64,000 nt of DNA. It comes from Cyanophora paradoxa CCMP329. Taxonomy: Eukaryota; Plantae; Glaucophyta. Every line of letters starts with the position of its first letter. Within the stretch, counting starts at the first letter, position 1. A program made the translations under genes and the position numbers. Location of the stretch: assembly GCA_004431415.1 (NCBI GenBank), contig QPMI01000278.1:1-64000 (forward strand). The letters are read 5' to 3'. The notes under the pieces were generated by a model. That model ran no database searches, was not told the DNA's origin, and was given only the letters and a program-made list of their open reading frames with translations. Shown here piece by piece: positions 61,101 to 64,000 of the stretch.

Positions 61101-64000
61101 GGCGCAGCTGCACACTGTTCTTTTCGACGGGCGGCAAGTGCGCGGCATTCCTCCGATGCCTCGAATGGCGATCGCGAGCTCGCTCCTCGTGATCAGCGAC
61201 ACGCGAGCGCTCATCGAGATCGGGCGCGCAGCGGGAAGCATACCTGCGGCGGTACGCGCAGCGCCACGCGGGCGAGGAGCGCGCCTGGGGCTTCGAGGAG
61301 TACGCGGACGTCTTTGGGAGCAGTCCGCATCTCGCCGACCTGGCCGAGAACCCATTTGCCCTCTCCATGCTCGCCCGCGTCCTCCCCTCCATGTCCGCGC
61401 CCCGACTCGAGGCTGGGGCGCCTTGCGAAGAAGTCCGTCGAAGGGCTCCGCGCGCAGGGCGCGGACCGGCGAGCGGCTCCGGCTGCGCGACCTGTACAGG
61501 CTCTTCCTGCGGGACTGGCTGCTGCGGGAGCTGCACCGCGGGGGCGTCGACAGACAGCGGGATGAGCAAGGTGCGCGCGCGCGCGCCAAGGACGCTCAAA
61601 ACGGCGGCCTGACGTCCCGCGAGGCTGGGAGGCGGCGGAAAGCGCCTTCGTCGACGACGGAACCGAATATTGCAAGCGCTTCGCCTCCCACCTCTTCCGC
61701 GTGAGCTCCGTCCCCGACTCCCAGACAATTGCAACTTGCATTGAACTAGTACTTTACGTGTCCGCGCACGTGCAGATGTCGGCCAGCCAAGCGACGATTC
61801 AGGACGTGGACTTGAGAAAGCGAGAAAGCGAAAGAGGAAGGACTGACGCTTCAAATTCGAATTCCGCGCTTGAGCAGCCTGCTCTTTTGAGATTGCTGGC
61901 CGACTACAAAAGGGTTTTCGTGCGGAACAGCTGCCCGCTGCGGCGGTGGCGGCTGGGCGACAGGCTCGGCTTCGCGTTCGTCCACAAGACGCTGCAGGAG
62001 TTCCTCTCCGCAGAGGCCCTCCTCGATTCCGTGCGCCAAAGCCGCCGGCCCAGTACTAGTCGCCTCACCTGCCCTGAAAAATACGTTGCGTGTATGCGCA
62101 GCTTAAGCTTCGAGCTTCGGCATCAAGCTTAAGCAGCAATGATTCGAATGATGGTATTGCTTTTCACACGCGGTGCGCTTTTCACACCAGCTAAAGATTC
62201 GTTTTTGGAGCGCGACTGACTGCGGGTCAGTTCAATTGCCGGAGACACAACGCTGGTGCGCTTTCTGGTGGACGCTGTGCATGCTCATGATCCCAGCTGC
62301 AAAATAGACATTGCCGAGGTGCAAAGATGCGCACCGCGGCAACTTATATAATTAGCAAGTCTCTGTGACGATTTGACACGCGGCCGTGCTGTAGGCCCTC
62401 TTTGCAATGATCTCCGGGAGTCGGGGCGTGGCTGAGGATTCAGCGGAGGCGATGGCATCCTCAAATGCGGCCACTGTCCTCGTCGCTGGTCTGTGCATGC
62501 CCCGGGCCCCTCTGTGGAAGCGTGCAGCCTTTGATGACGCCTACCCATATGCATGGTCGTGAGCAGCCCACTGGTCCTTTGCGCGGAAAGACCTGCGCGG
62601 AGTCCGAATGCGTGGGGCAAACTTGTGGAGATTGGAGGCCGGGGGAGCGGATTTGCGAGGGGCCGACCTCCGAGGCAGCGCCCTGCACGAGGCCTGCTTC
62701 GAGTATGCAGACCTGCGGGGGGCGCGCTTGGAGGACTGCCAGGTTCGGACGCAGCCGGCAATTGTGTTGCGCAGTCCAGTCATGTCTGTCGCTTTGAGTA
62801 AGGTGCGCCGCGACTTCTCCGGACTCACCGCATCTATTGATCCTATTCCGATCATGAATTGAATTCACCGCCTCTATTGGATTAGTGACAATAAATTTCA
62901 ACGAATAGTGATTAACAATCTACGGAAACTAGCCGCTGACTCATGATCAGTGAGCGGGGCTGATAAGTGGGGCTGGACGGTGCAGGATGGGCGGCGGATT
63001 GTCTCGTGTGGCGAAGACGAGAAGCTTCGTGTGTGGGACGCGGAGACGGGCGTGGAGCTCACAACGGTGCCGGAGGAAGGCATTGATATCGGCGCCGTAA
63101 ACTCTGTGGTGATGTCGGCGGTGCGTGGTGGATGGCATGCGCAGTGGTCCGCAAAGGCGCGATGCGTGATGTAACTGGCAAATCGGGCAGTTTAGGCTTT
63201 TAATTTGTTGGGTCCCGAGAAGCTTCAGAGTGCCCGAGCGAGACGGGGCTGCTCACGGCGTTCGGGGCGGGGCGGCGCAGGACGGGCAGCGCATCGTGTC
63301 GGGCAGCGGTGACAAATCGGTACGGGTATGGGACGCGGAGACGGGCGAGCAGCTGCTGCTGTTGGAGGGGCACGAGAAGGCTGTGCGTTCCGTGGCGATT
63401 TCGTCGGTGCGCCGTCAGGGTGGGGTATATTTGCATGGAATCGACGTCGGGTTCATGGTGCTGGATCATGGAATAGGGATGGTATTTGCAAAGATCTAGA
63501 AATGCGGGCTGTCGGGGCCTTGACCAAGCTTGAGACTGCCGTGCAGACGTGCGCGGGGCAGGAAAAGCGCAGGCTGACAGCCGCCGCCGGGCTGCGCAGG
63601 ACGGGCGGCGCATCGTGTCCGGCAGCAGTGACAAGTCAATCCGGATCTGGGACGCGGAGACGGGCAAGGAGCTGCGGAAGCTGGAGACCGAGGGGCACTG
63701 CCGCCCGGTGACCTCCGTGGCAATATCTGCGGTGCGCGGTGGGATAATGTGTGCAGAGGAAGCCGTGTGGCCATGGTCTTGAGAAGAAACGTTAACAGGA
63801 CTGTGCTGATGGCGAGTACAGAAGTGTTTGACTGACAGCCGGGCCGGGTTGGGCGGCGCAGGATGCGCGGTTTATCGTCTCTGCCAGTGACGAGGACGAG
63901 TTCGCGCTTGTATGGAACACGGAGACAGGCGAGCAGCTGCAGAAGCTGCAGGACCACAGCGAACGAGTCAACTCCGTGGCGATATCCGTGGTGCGGTGGG
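55181..64000 (+). CDS. NLR-like STAND protein: myristoylation motif-ARM-like-TIR-SAM-SAM-NACHT-pentapeptide-WD40 (runs off the window)
   Basis: [10 protein letters not shown]. Helical N-terminus. TIR ([33 protein letters not shown], ~58700-59250). SAM1 ([27 protein letters not shown]) and SAM2 ([29 protein letters not shown]). Walker [10 protein letters not shown] at 60506, Walker B LLLDGYDE at ~60825, and [15 protein letters not shown] pentapeptides at ~62590-62740. WD40 exons from 62986. Confidence 0.9.

Overview
Eukaryotic, very GC-rich DNA with many short spliceosomal introns (GT-AG and frequent GC-AG). It is alga/protist-like; a glaucophyte such as Cyanophora is a guess from style only. 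No rRNA, tRNA or CRISPR is evident. Two candidate immune receptors bracket the window. (1) 1032-13895 (+) encodes TIR-TIR-linker-TM-coiled coil-beta-propeller-like-FN3-like, and keeps the motif set of bacterial TIR/TM/WD40 proteins despite being heavily intronised. (2) 55181->64000 (+) encodes an NLR-like STAND protein: myristoylation motif-ARM-like-TIR-SAM-SAM-NACHT-pentapeptide-WD40, with one WD40 repeat per exon. All three TIR domains keep the predicted catalytic Glu. Between them lie ARM-repeat, ACT-repeat, EF-hand/coiled-coil, UBP1/TIA-1 and cystatin-like genes. A tandem segmental duplication (22863-36770 / 36788-56396) supplies empty/filled site comparisons. These define an 8.4 kb APE-RT-RNase H LINE (19 bp TSD, structured 3' end, sense-strand oligo-T tail, hydrophobic N-terminal region) and two non-autonomous Helitron-like insertions. 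Gene models were spliced by eye, so terminal coordinates are approximate.
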